From the NCBI GenBank assembly GCA_944381495.1, contig CALWLJ010000008.1:57842-121841 (forward strand): 64,000 bases of DNA, given 5' to 3'. The stretch is from an uncultured Mediterraneibacter sp. Its GTDB lineage: Bacteria > Bacillota > Clostridia > Lachnospirales > Lachnospiraceae. Below the pieces are notes generated by a model. It was not told the DNA's origin. It did not search any database and saw only the letters and a list, made by a program, of their open reading frames with translations. Positions within the stretch are counted from its first letter, which is position 1, and every line of letters starts with the position of its first letter. This document shows positions 9,845 to 17,805 of this stretch, piece by piece. A program made the translations under genes and the position numbers.

Positions 9845-10807
9845 TTAGTTTTCATCAGAAAACAGTATATTGACCTGCTCGATAAATTCATCGGGTTTTT
9901 CCATATGTGGAAGCTGTTTTGTCCCTTTTATTCCAATAATTTCAATTGATGGAATATAATTCTGATATTGATTGGCAGATAATTCATTTTCAGGATTCTC
10001 TTTTCCTGTTATTATAAAAATACTGTTATTTATTTTATTGAGACAGCAAATAATGTTTGCGTTTGTAAATCTGGATTTCTGAGATGCATAGAGATATTTA
10101 GAATGAGCTCTGTCTCTATGTGATGATTCCAGACACATTAAGATATCATGTTCGCTGATATTATTATGATTGTAGTAATAGCAGTTCCTAAATTTATCCG
10201 ATAATGTTTTCTTGTTTATTTTTATATTATATATAAAAGTTCCTATAACAGGTGCGCACAGAAGATACTTGATCATTGTGGAACGTTTGGTAGGATTTTT
10301 TGCAAGCTTCATTATATTTTGAGGATTTATCATGATAACTCTGTTGATGATTGAGCTATCATTTGCACATGCCATCAAAACAGCAGGAGCGGAATCACCT
10401 GAAACAATTACATCAGTTTTGCTGTTGATAATATTTTTAATAAAATCAGTGATTAACTGTACATAGAGAAAGTTTGTATATGTGAAAAATGGTCTTTCCG
10501 AACATCCACATCCCAGCAAATCTATTGAATATATAGTGTAATTTTGTGAAAGTTTATCTGTTATTCTGTTCCATTCATCCGAAGATGAACAGACGTTAAG
10601 ATTATGAATTAAAAGCAGAGGTGAACCTGTTCCTTTTTTTCTATAAGCAATTTTACCAAATCTCCAGTTATAATATTGGTATTCTTCCTGTCCAAAATGA
10701 TTCTCATATGTCGATAAGTAGTTAAACACTTTGTTGGCAGCATGCATAATTCCAAGTGTTGTCCCTGCAAATAAAGCTACGTATCCAAGTTTCTTCTTTA
10801 TACTCAT
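9845..10807 (-). CDS. Alpha/beta hydrolase-fold protein with N-terminal hydrophobic segment
   Basis: GSPLLLIHNL, YSIDLLGCGCSERP and LPHMEKP features. The start is set at ATG 10807 because of the AGGTGA RBS. Confidence 0.85.
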   Translation of the reverse strand: MSIKKKLGYVALFAGTTLGIMHAANKVFNYLSTYENHFGQEEYQYYNWRFGKIAYRKKGTGSPLLLIHNLNVCSSSDEWNRITDKLSQNYTIYSIDLLGCGCSERPFFTYTNFLYVQLITDFIKNIINSKTDVIVSGDSAPAVLMACANDSSIINRVIMINPQNIMKLAKNPTKRSTMIKYLLCAPVIGTFIYNIKINKKTLSDKFRNCYYYNHNNISEHDILMCLESSHRDRAHSKYLYASQKSRFTNANIICCLNKINNSIFIITGKENPENELSANQYQNYIPSIEIIGIKGTKQLPHMEKPDEFIEQVNILFSDEN

Positions 10808-10905
10808 CTTTGTTTCACCTGCCCTTGAAGTTTGTTTTGTCATGTTACTATTATACTACATACTTATTTTCAAATAAAGAGTTAAAATTACGATGATTTC
10901 TAAAA

Positions 10906-10921
10906 TGTTTCACGTGAAACA
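10906..10921. other. parS centromere site
   Basis: Perfect 16-bp palindrome TGTTTCACGTGAAACA, matching the Firmicutes parS consensus. Confidence 0.95.
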
Positions 10922-11074
10922 TTTTGTGAGTGATTAAGCAAGTCTTCTTTTATAAAAAGAAAAAATGAAAAATGATAATATAAAAACAAAACATAGTTAT
11001 TTGTGTAATGTGTCTAATATGTTATGGAATATTTATGAATTAGTCTGTAATTTGCTGAATAGAAATAAAAGAAA

Positions 11075-11090
11075 TGTTTCACGTGAAACA
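11075..11090. other. parS centromere site
   Basis: Second perfect TGTTTCACGTGAAACA, 64 bp upstream of parA. Confidence 0.95.
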
Positions 11091-11094
11091 TCTG

Positions 11095-11123
11095 TAGATT
11101 AATAGGAAAAAAGATGTTATAAT
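11095..11123 (+). promoter_or_regulatory. Probable parAB promoter
   Basis: TAGATT-17 bp-TATAAT with an extended TG (TGnTATAAT). Confidence 0.65.
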
Positions 11124-11154
11124 AAAAAAGCGACCGAAGGAAAGGAGTATAAAA

Positions 11155-11922
11155 ATGGGAAGAATAATAGCAATTGCCAATCAAAAAGGCGGCGTAGGTA
11201 AAACAACAACAGCAATAAATCTGTCAGCATGCCTGGCAAGCTATGGAAAAAAAGTGCTTGCTCTTGACATGGATCCACAGGGAAATATGACAAGTGGACT
11301 TGGCGTTGATAAAGATAATGTGGAAAAAACAGTTTATGATCTTATGATTGGTAATGCGGGGATTGAAGAATGCATATGCAATGATGTGTTGGGAAATCTT
11401 GATGTACTTCCTTCTAATATAGATCTTTCGGCTGCAGAGATAGAATTAATTGGAATAGAAAACAAAGAGTATCTTCTGAAAAATGAAGTGGATAAAATAA
11501 AAGAAAACTATGATTTCGTTATAATTGACTGTCCTCCGGCACTAAGCATGCTTACAATCAATGCAATGACGACGGCAACTTCTGTTATAGTGCCGATTCA
11601 GTGCGAATATTATGCATTGGAGGGACTCAGTCAGCTCATACATACAATCGAACTTGTGCAGGAAAGGTTAAATCCGTCACTGGAGATAGAAGGCGTTGTA
11701 TTTACAATGTATGACGCCAGAACAAACCTTTCCCTTCAGGTTGTAGAAAATGTGAAAGATAATTTGAATCAGAATATATATAAGACAATCATTCCGAGAA
11801 ATATCAGACTGGCAGAAGCGCCAAGTTACGGAATGCCGATTAATCTTTATGATTCAAAGTCAACTGGAGCAGAAAGTTATATGCTTCTTGCAGAAGAAGT
11901 AATTCAAAAAGGAGAAGAATGA
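11155..11922 (+). CDS. parA: ParA/Soj partition ATPase
   Basis: Deviant Walker A KGGVGKTT, DMDPQGN and RNIRLAEAPS. Confidence 0.97.
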   Translation: MGRIIAIANQKGGVGKTTTAINLSACLASYGKKVLALDMDPQGNMTSGLGVDKDNVEKTVYDLMIGNAGIEECICNDVLGNLDVLPSNIDLSAAEIELIGIENKEYLLKNEVDKIKENYDFVIIDCPPALSMLTINAMTTATSVIVPIQCEYYALEGLSQLIHTIELVQERLNPSLEIEGVVFTMYDARTNLSLQVVENVKDNLNQNIYKTIIPRNIRLAEAPSYGMPINLYDSKSTGAESYMLLAEEVIQKGEE

Positions 11923-12836
11923 GTATGGCTGTAAAAAGAAACGGATTAGGAAAAGGGTTGGACAGTCTTATTCCAAATAAATCAGATAAGCCCAAAGTAC
12001 AGCCCGAAAAAAAGGAAAAGAAAGCGGAAAACGTAAAAGAAGAGACTGGGGAGATTATGGTCAAGATCAATCAGGTTGAACCAAACAGAGATCAGCCCAG
12101 AAAGGATTTTGATGAGGATTCCCTTATGGAGTTGGCGGACTCAATCAAGCAATTTGGAATCTTACAGCCGCTTATTGTAAAGAAAAAGAAGGATTATTAC
12201 GAAATCATAGCCGGTGAACGCAGATGGCGGGCAGCAAAAATAGCAGGCGTCAAAGAAGTGCCAATTATTGTAAAAGAGTATAGTGATCAGGAAATTGTAG
12301 AAATTTCGCTGATTGAAAATATACAGAGAGAAAACCTGAATCCAATCGAAGAGGCAATGGCTTTTAAACGGCTTCTTGAAGAATTCAACCTTAAACAGGA
12401 CGAAGTCGCAGAACGGGTATCAAAAAGCAGAACAGCAGTAACAAACTCAATGCGTTTGTTGAAATTAAGTAAAAAAGTCCAGCAGATGATTATTGACGAT
12501 ATGATCAGTACTGGACATGCAAGGGCGCTGCTGGCAATTGATGATGAAGAACAGCAATATATTCTTGCAAATAAAATATTTGATGAAAAACTGAGCGTTC
12601 GCGAGACGGAAAAACTTGTAAAAGCTCTGAAAAATCCTAAGAAAGAAGTGAAAAAAGAAAAGCCAGAACATACGTTTGTTTATGATAATATAGAAGAACA
12701 ATTGAAAAATATTATCGGCACAAAAGTAAGTGTGAATCCAAAAGCGAATGGAAAAGGCCGAATAGAGATAGAATACTATTCAGAAGAGGAACTCGAGAGA
12801 ATTTATGATCTGATTATGACTATCAGAACAAAATAG
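11919..12836 (+). CDS. parB: ParB/Spo0J partition protein
   Basis: Box II GERRWRAA, ENIQRENLNPIEEA and an HTH. Confidence 0.97.
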   Translation: MSMAVKRNGLGKGLDSLIPNKSDKPKVQPEKKEKKAENVKEETGEIMVKINQVEPNRDQPRKDFDEDSLMELADSIKQFGILQPLIVKKKKDYYEIIAGERRWRAAKIAGVKEVPIIVKEYSDQEIVEISLIENIQRENLNPIEEAMAFKRLLEEFNLKQDEVAERVSKSRTAVTNSMRLLKLSKKVQQMIIDDMISTGHARALLAIDDEEQQYILANKIFDEKLSVRETEKLVKALKNPKKEVKKEKPEHTFVYDNIEEQLKNIIGTKVSVNPKANGKGRIEIEYYSEEELERIYDLIMTIRTK

Positions 12837-12900
12837 TACCAGGAAAAAAGGGGATTATAATCGATGAAAAACATCGGAATAAGAAGGAGATGCAGGTTAA

Positions 12901-13425
12901 ATGAATGGTATACTGGGGAGGCTGGGAATTGACCCTTTCTATTTGTTTATAGTAGTTTTTGTGCTGCTTATCGCGCTGATCGTAGAGTTTGCGCTGCTTT
13001 ATCAGAAATACAATAAGCTTCAAAAGAGCTATAATGTATTTATGCAGGGAAAAAACGGGAAAACTCTTGAAAAAAGATTCTTCAAGAAATTCAAAGAGCT
13101 GAAAGAAGTAAGAGAACTGGCAGAAACAAATGAAGAAAACATCAAAAAAATCTACAAAAAGATGGAAGGACACTACCAGAAAGTTGGCATCGTAAAATAT
13201 GATGCTTTCCATGAAATGGGGGGCAATCTGAGCTTTGTTCTGACAATGCTTGATGAAAACAATAACGGCTGGATCTTAAATGCAATGCACAGCAGAGAAG
13301 GATGCTATACCTATATCAAAGAAATTGTTAAAGGCGAAAGCTACATCGAGCTTGCAGAGGAAGAAAGCAAATGTCTGGAAAAAGCTATTTATCAGGAAAA
13401 TATTGATATTAAAGATATAGAATAA
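12901..13425 (+). CDS. Conserved membrane-anchored protein, DUF4446-like
   Basis: N-terminal TM and coiled coil, then KVGIVKYDAF...GGNLSF...NGWILNAMHSRE; usual position after parB in Clostridia. Confidence 0.75.
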   Translation: MNGILGRLGIDPFYLFIVVFVLLIALIVEFALLYQKYNKLQKSYNVFMQGKNGKTLEKRFFKKFKELKEVRELAETNEENIKKIYKKMEGHYQKVGIVKYDAFHEMGGNLSFVLTMLDENNNGWILNAMHSREGCYTYIKEIVKGESYIELAEEESKCLEKAIYQENIDIKDIE

Positions 13426-13446
13426 AAGAAATGAGAGGAAAAGAAA

Positions 13447-14733
13447 ATGTTAGACATTAAATTTGTAAGAAATAACCCGGATATAGTAAAACAGAATATT
13501 AAAAACAAATTTCAGGATGAAAAGCTTCCGCTTGTTGATGAAGTAATCGAGTTGGATAAGAGAAATCGTGAAATTAAACAGGAAGTAGAAGCTCTTCGTG
13601 CTGAAAAAAATAAGACTTCTAAGCAGATCGGTGCGATGATGGCACAGAAAAAAATTGAGGAAGCAGAAGAATTAAAGAAAAAAGTAGCTGAAAGCGCCGG
13701 CAGAATTGATACTTTATCGGAAGAGGAAAAAGAGGTAGAAGAGAAAATCCGGAAGATCATGATGACAATCCCGAATATCATTGATCCTTCTGTACCAATT
13801 GGAAAAGATGACAGCGAAAATGTTGAATTGGAGCGCTTTGGAGAGCCTGTTGTTCCGGATTTTGAGATTCCATATCACACCGATATTATGGAATCCTTTA
13901 ATGGTATTGATCTGGATAGTGCAAGAAGAGTAGCAGGAAATGGATTTTATTATCTGATGGGAGATATTGCGAGACTTCATTCGGCTGTCCTTGCTTATGC
14001 AAGAGATTTTATGATCAACAGAGGATTCACCTACTGCATCCCTCCGTTTATGATCCGAAGCAATGTAGTGACAGGTGTTATGAGCTTTGCAGAAATGGAC
14101 GCTATGATGTACAAGATTGAGGGAGAGGACCTTTATTTGATCGGCACAAGCGAACATTCCATGATCGGTAAATTCATCAATACACAGCTTACAGAAGATC
14201 AGCTTCCTCAGACATTGACCAGTTATTCTCCGTGTTTCAGAAAAGAAAAAGGGGCACATGGAATCGAGGAGAGAGGCGTTTATCGTATCCATCAGTTCGA
14301 AAAACAGGAAATGATCGTTGTATGTAAGCCGGAAGACAGTATGATGTGGTATGACAAACTGTGGCAGAATACAGTGGATCTTTTCCGTTCTATGGATATC
14401 CCGGTAAGAACACTGGAATGCTGCTCTGGAGATCTTGCAGATCTGAAAGTGAAATCGGTTGATGTAGAAGCATGGTCTCCAAGACAGAAAAAATATTTTG
14501 AAGTGGGAAGCTGCTCAAACCTTGGAGATGCACAGGCAAGAAGGCTTGGAATCCGTATCAAAGGGGAAAAGGGAAGCTATTTCGCACATACATTAAATAA
14601 TACAGTAGTTGCTCCGCCGAGAATGCTCATTGCATTTCTGGAGAATAACCTTCAGGCTGACGGAACAGTGAAGATACCTGAGGTACTTCGCCCATATATG
14701 GGAGGAAACGAAGTAATCGTTCCTAAAAAATAA
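13447..14733 (+). CDS. serS: Serine--tRNA ligase
   Basis: Class II motifs CFRKEKG...RIHQFEKQE and TLNNTVVAPPR, plus an N-terminal coiled coil. Confidence 0.98.
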   Translation: MLDIKFVRNNPDIVKQNIKNKFQDEKLPLVDEVIELDKRNREIKQEVEALRAEKNKTSKQIGAMMAQKKIEEAEELKKKVAESAGRIDTLSEEEKEVEEKIRKIMMTIPNIIDPSVPIGKDDSENVELERFGEPVVPDFEIPYHTDIMESFNGIDLDSARRVAGNGFYYLMGDIARLHSAVLAYARDFMINRGFTYCIPPFMIRSNVVTGVMSFAEMDAMMYKIEGEDLYLIGTSEHSMIGKFINTQLTEDQLPQTLTSYSPCFRKEKGAHGIEERGVYRIHQFEKQEMIVVCKPEDSMMWYDKLWQNTVDLFRSMDIPVRTLECCSGDLADLKVKSVDVEAWSPRQKKYFEVGSCSNLGDAQARRLGIRIKGEKGSYFAHTLNNTVVAPPRMLIAFLENNLQADGTVKIPEVLRPYMGGNEVIVPKK

Positions 14734-14746
14734 TAAGGACATAAAA

Positions 14747-15622
14747 ATGCATCAATATTTGCTGGCAATTGGATTTAACAATATATATAATCGAAAAGAT
14801 CTGAAAAAACTGCTGCAAAATGTAGAAACAGAATTTACCCATCAGACAGTTGTATCGTACAATCCGGAAGAAGATTTCTGTGAATTTCAGAAAGAATACG
14901 GACAGTGCATTGGAATTACGCTGTGCGGAGAAATGGATGAGAATGAAGTTTTTGATCAGGCATACTATTTTCCGTATTTTGAGGGAAGCGGTATAACAAC
15001 ATATGCTGATATTGTTATTGAGAAGAAAATTGAGAAAGAACAATATGTTGGAATGTGCGAAGACTCAAAGGTGGGAATCAGCCTGATCTTTACTGTACAG
15101 AACGGAGTAGAATATATGAGGGAGAGTCAGGCGGGATTTACCGCCGGCCTGACCACCTCAGTGACATTTTCAGGTCTGTCTCTGGGAGGGACCATATTAC
15201 TTCCAGTAGTAAAAAATGAAAAGATGATGAAGAATGAGCAGATGGCTTCAGATAACCGCCAGATGCTCATCAATGCGGCCAGAAACGGGGATCAGAGCGC
15301 AATTGAGACTCTGACCCTTGATGATATAGATACCTATTCACAGGTGTCCAGACGTCTGGCTAATGAGGACGTTTTCTCTATCGTAGATACTTATTTCATG
15401 CCATATGGTGTAGAATGTGATCTTTATTCCATCATGGGAGAGATACTTGCAGTAAGAACCAGACAGAATACCATGACCGGGGTAAAGCTCTATCAGATGA
15501 AACTGAATGTAAACGGCCTGAAATTCGATATATGTGTTCCGGCAGACTCCGTAATGGGAGAGCCGGAGATTGGCAGGAGATATAAAGGAACAATCTGGCT
15601 GCAGGGATATATTAATTTCTGA
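14747..15622 (+). CDS. Conserved hypothetical protein, DUF3881-like
   Basis: Long ORF with MHQYLLAIGF start and GEPEIGRRYKGTIWLQG end, recognised as a conserved clostridial family. Confidence 0.7.
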   Translation: MHQYLLAIGFNNIYNRKDLKKLLQNVETEFTHQTVVSYNPEEDFCEFQKEYGQCIGITLCGEMDENEVFDQAYYFPYFEGSGITTYADIVIEKKIEKEQYVGMCEDSKVGISLIFTVQNGVEYMRESQAGFTAGLTTSVTFSGLSLGGTILLPVVKNEKMMKNEQMASDNRQMLINAARNGDQSAIETLTLDDIDTYSQVSRRLANEDVFSIVDTYFMPYGVECDLYSIMGEILAVRTRQNTMTGVKLYQMKLNVNGLKFDICVPADSVMGEPEIGRRYKGTIWLQGYINF

Positions 15623-15790
15623 AGCACGTTTCTATGCGAGAATCATTTGGATTTCTGCACCGGCGAGGTGAATTTCTGCATGAAAAACGGTTGTATAAAT
15701 CATGAATTTGTGGTATATTATAAGCTGTGTCTGAGGAAAATCGGACACAGCTGAATAGAAAGCGTATTCAGTTAAAATATCATAATGTAT

Positions 15791-15864
15791 GTTTCTGTAG
15801 CTCAGCAGGATAGAGCGTCCGCCTCCTAAGCGGAAGGCCGGCGGTTCGAATCCGCCCAGGAACG
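15791..15864 (+). tRNA. tRNA-Arg (anticodon CCT), CCA not encoded
   Basis: Cloverleaf: acceptor GTTTCTG/CAGGAAC, D-arm GCTC/GAGC, anticodon stem TCCGC/GCGGA with loop CT-CCT-AA, and T-loop GGTTCGAATCC. Confidence 0.96.
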
Positions 15865-15869
15865 GGAAA

Positions 15870-15900
15870 GACCGGAGTCCATGTTGTCGACTCCGGTTTT
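15870..15900 (+). terminator. Terminator after tRNA-Arg
   Basis: ACCGGAGTC...GACTCCGGT stem followed by TTT. Confidence 0.75.
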
Positions 15901-16001
15901 ATTAATATTAATTGATATATTACCGGCTGGAACAATACGAATTATTAGAAAAATATTATGATATTTTTGAAAAATGGTAATGATTATTTCAGGGGGTAAG
16001 C

Positions 16002-16733
16002 ATGATAAAAATTATCAAAAAAAATGACGAATTCAATTCCGAATATGATATTGGAGATACATTTGAAATAACAGGAACCTGGTATGGCGGTGTTCATATC
16101 ATGGGAAAGACCGGAGTGCCGGTATCTCTGGACAAAGATGAGTATATGGAAATGGATATTGAGGCAGATGCAGCATCTGAAAAGAAAAATTCTGGCGGAC
16201 ATTTCTATTTTGTAAGGCATGGACAGACCGTTTGGAATGTGGAAAACAAGATCTGCGGAGCAACGGATATTGCTCTGACAGAGCTGGGACACCAGCAGGC
16301 CATAGAGACCGGAAAAAAGATCCTGAAAGAGGGAATCAAGGCAGATGAGATCCTTTATTCCCCTCTGATCCGGGCTGCAGATACGGCAAGGCATATTTCA
16401 GAAGTTACAGGTATTCCCATGCGTATGGAGCCCAGACTTATCGAACAGAACTTCGGCAAATGGGAATCTACTCCGAGAGACGGAGCGGACTTTAAAAAGG
16501 CGAAGGAGTGCTTTGCAGTCAGTCATGAAGGCGGAGAGTCAACCCTGAAGCTGGCTCAGAGAATCTATAACCTTCTGGATGACATCAGGGCGGAAGCAGA
16601 TAAGAAGACGTATATTTTGGTGGCTCATAACGGTATAGCGCGTGTAGTGAAGTCCTATTTTACAGATATGACAAATGAGGAGTATGCAGCTTTTGGAGTG
16701 AAGAACTGCGAGATTGTGAGATTTGATTTTTAG
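16002..16733 (+). CDS. Histidine phosphatase (PGM family) with an extra N-terminal domain
   Basis: FVRHGQT and VAHNG catalytic motifs; the RHG motif begins about 70 aa into the ORF. Confidence 0.88.
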   Translation: MIKIIKKNDEFNSEYDIGDTFEITGTWYGGVHIMGKTGVPVSLDKDEYMEMDIEADAASEKKNSGGHFYFVRHGQTVWNVENKICGATDIALTELGHQQAIETGKKILKEGIKADEILYSPLIRAADTARHISEVTGIPMRMEPRLIEQNFGKWESTPRDGADFKKAKECFAVSHEGGESTLKLAQRIYNLLDDIRAEADKKTYILVAHNGIARVVKSYFTDMTNEEYAAFGVKNCEIVRFDF

Positions 16734-16815
16734 CTGTTTCATTTGTTGTACGTTTCTCTGCAGATAAAATGTAACCGATAAATGTGATACACGGGACAAT
16801 GCCGGAGGAGAGTCT

Positions 16816-17739
16816 ATGAGAGCAAATATTTCAGAAAAAATGTATCATTCTGTTCGTGAAATGGTGAATGACATCTTTGGAAATGATATTGATGTGACAA
16901 GGCAGGAACGTGTCCATGGAGGAGATATCAACGATGCGTACAGAGTAACTCTTTCTGATGGAAGTTATATTTTTGTGAAAGAAAATTCTATAGAGAATAA
17001 GGACTTTTTCCTGACAGAATCAGAGGGACTGGATGCTCTGCGCTCTACAGGCGAAATAGGTGTTCCCCGGATTCTGGGAACAGGAACAGATGAACAAAGA
17101 GGAGTATCCTTTCTCGCTCTGGAATATATAGAAAGTGTGCCACGTATTAAGTCATACTGGGAGACATTCGGACATCAGCTGGCCCGGATGCACAGGGCTG
17201 ACTGTCAGGCATTTGTAGATCAGGGAGAGAATATTGTGAAATATGGGTTCAAAAATGATAATTATATCGGTGCCAGTCCCCAGAAAAATCAGCCAAAACA
17301 GAGTTGGATCGATTTCTACAGGGAATGCCGCCTCCTGCCTCAGATCAAGATGGCTGAGCAATATTTTGAACCTGATGTCAGAAAGAAGGCGGACTATTTG
17401 CTGGAACATCTGGAAAAATATCTGACAGAGCCTGAGTTTCCTTCTCTGCTTCACGGAGATCTGTGGAGCGGCAATATGATGTGTGGTCCTGACGGAAAGG
17501 CCTGGATCATTGATCCGGCGGCTTATGTGGGAAATTTCGAAACAGATCTAGCCATGACACAGCTCTTTGGAAGTTTGCCAGAACGATTTTATGCAGCCTA
17601 TAATGAAGAAAATCCTGTAGATAAGGAGGGGTACCGGGAGAGACGAAGCCTCTATGATCTGTATCATATGCTGAACCATCTAAATCTGTTCGGCAGAATG
17701 TATCTCAGGAGTGTGCTTGAGATTATTGAACGGTATTGA
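16816..17739 (+). CDS. Fructosamine kinase family protein
   Basis: VHGGDIN, LLHGDLWSGN, IDPA, DLAMTQLFG and LNHLNLFG motifs. Confidence 0.92.
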   Translation: MRANISEKMYHSVREMVNDIFGNDIDVTRQERVHGGDINDAYRVTLSDGSYIFVKENSIENKDFFLTESEGLDALRSTGEIGVPRILGTGTDEQRGVSFLALEYIESVPRIKSYWETFGHQLARMHRADCQAFVDQGENIVKYGFKNDNYIGASPQKNQPKQSWIDFYRECRLLPQIKMAEQYFEPDVRKKADYLLEHLEKYLTEPEFPSLLHGDLWSGNMMCGPDGKAWIIDPAAYVGNFETDLAMTQLFGSLPERFYAAYNEENPVDKEGYRERRSLYDLYHMLNHLNLFGRMYLRSVLEIIERY

Positions 17740-17805
17740 ATCTTATCAGACGGAACCGTATAATAATAGCAGATACATTTAATATAGAGCGAGGAGGCTG
17801 AAAAA

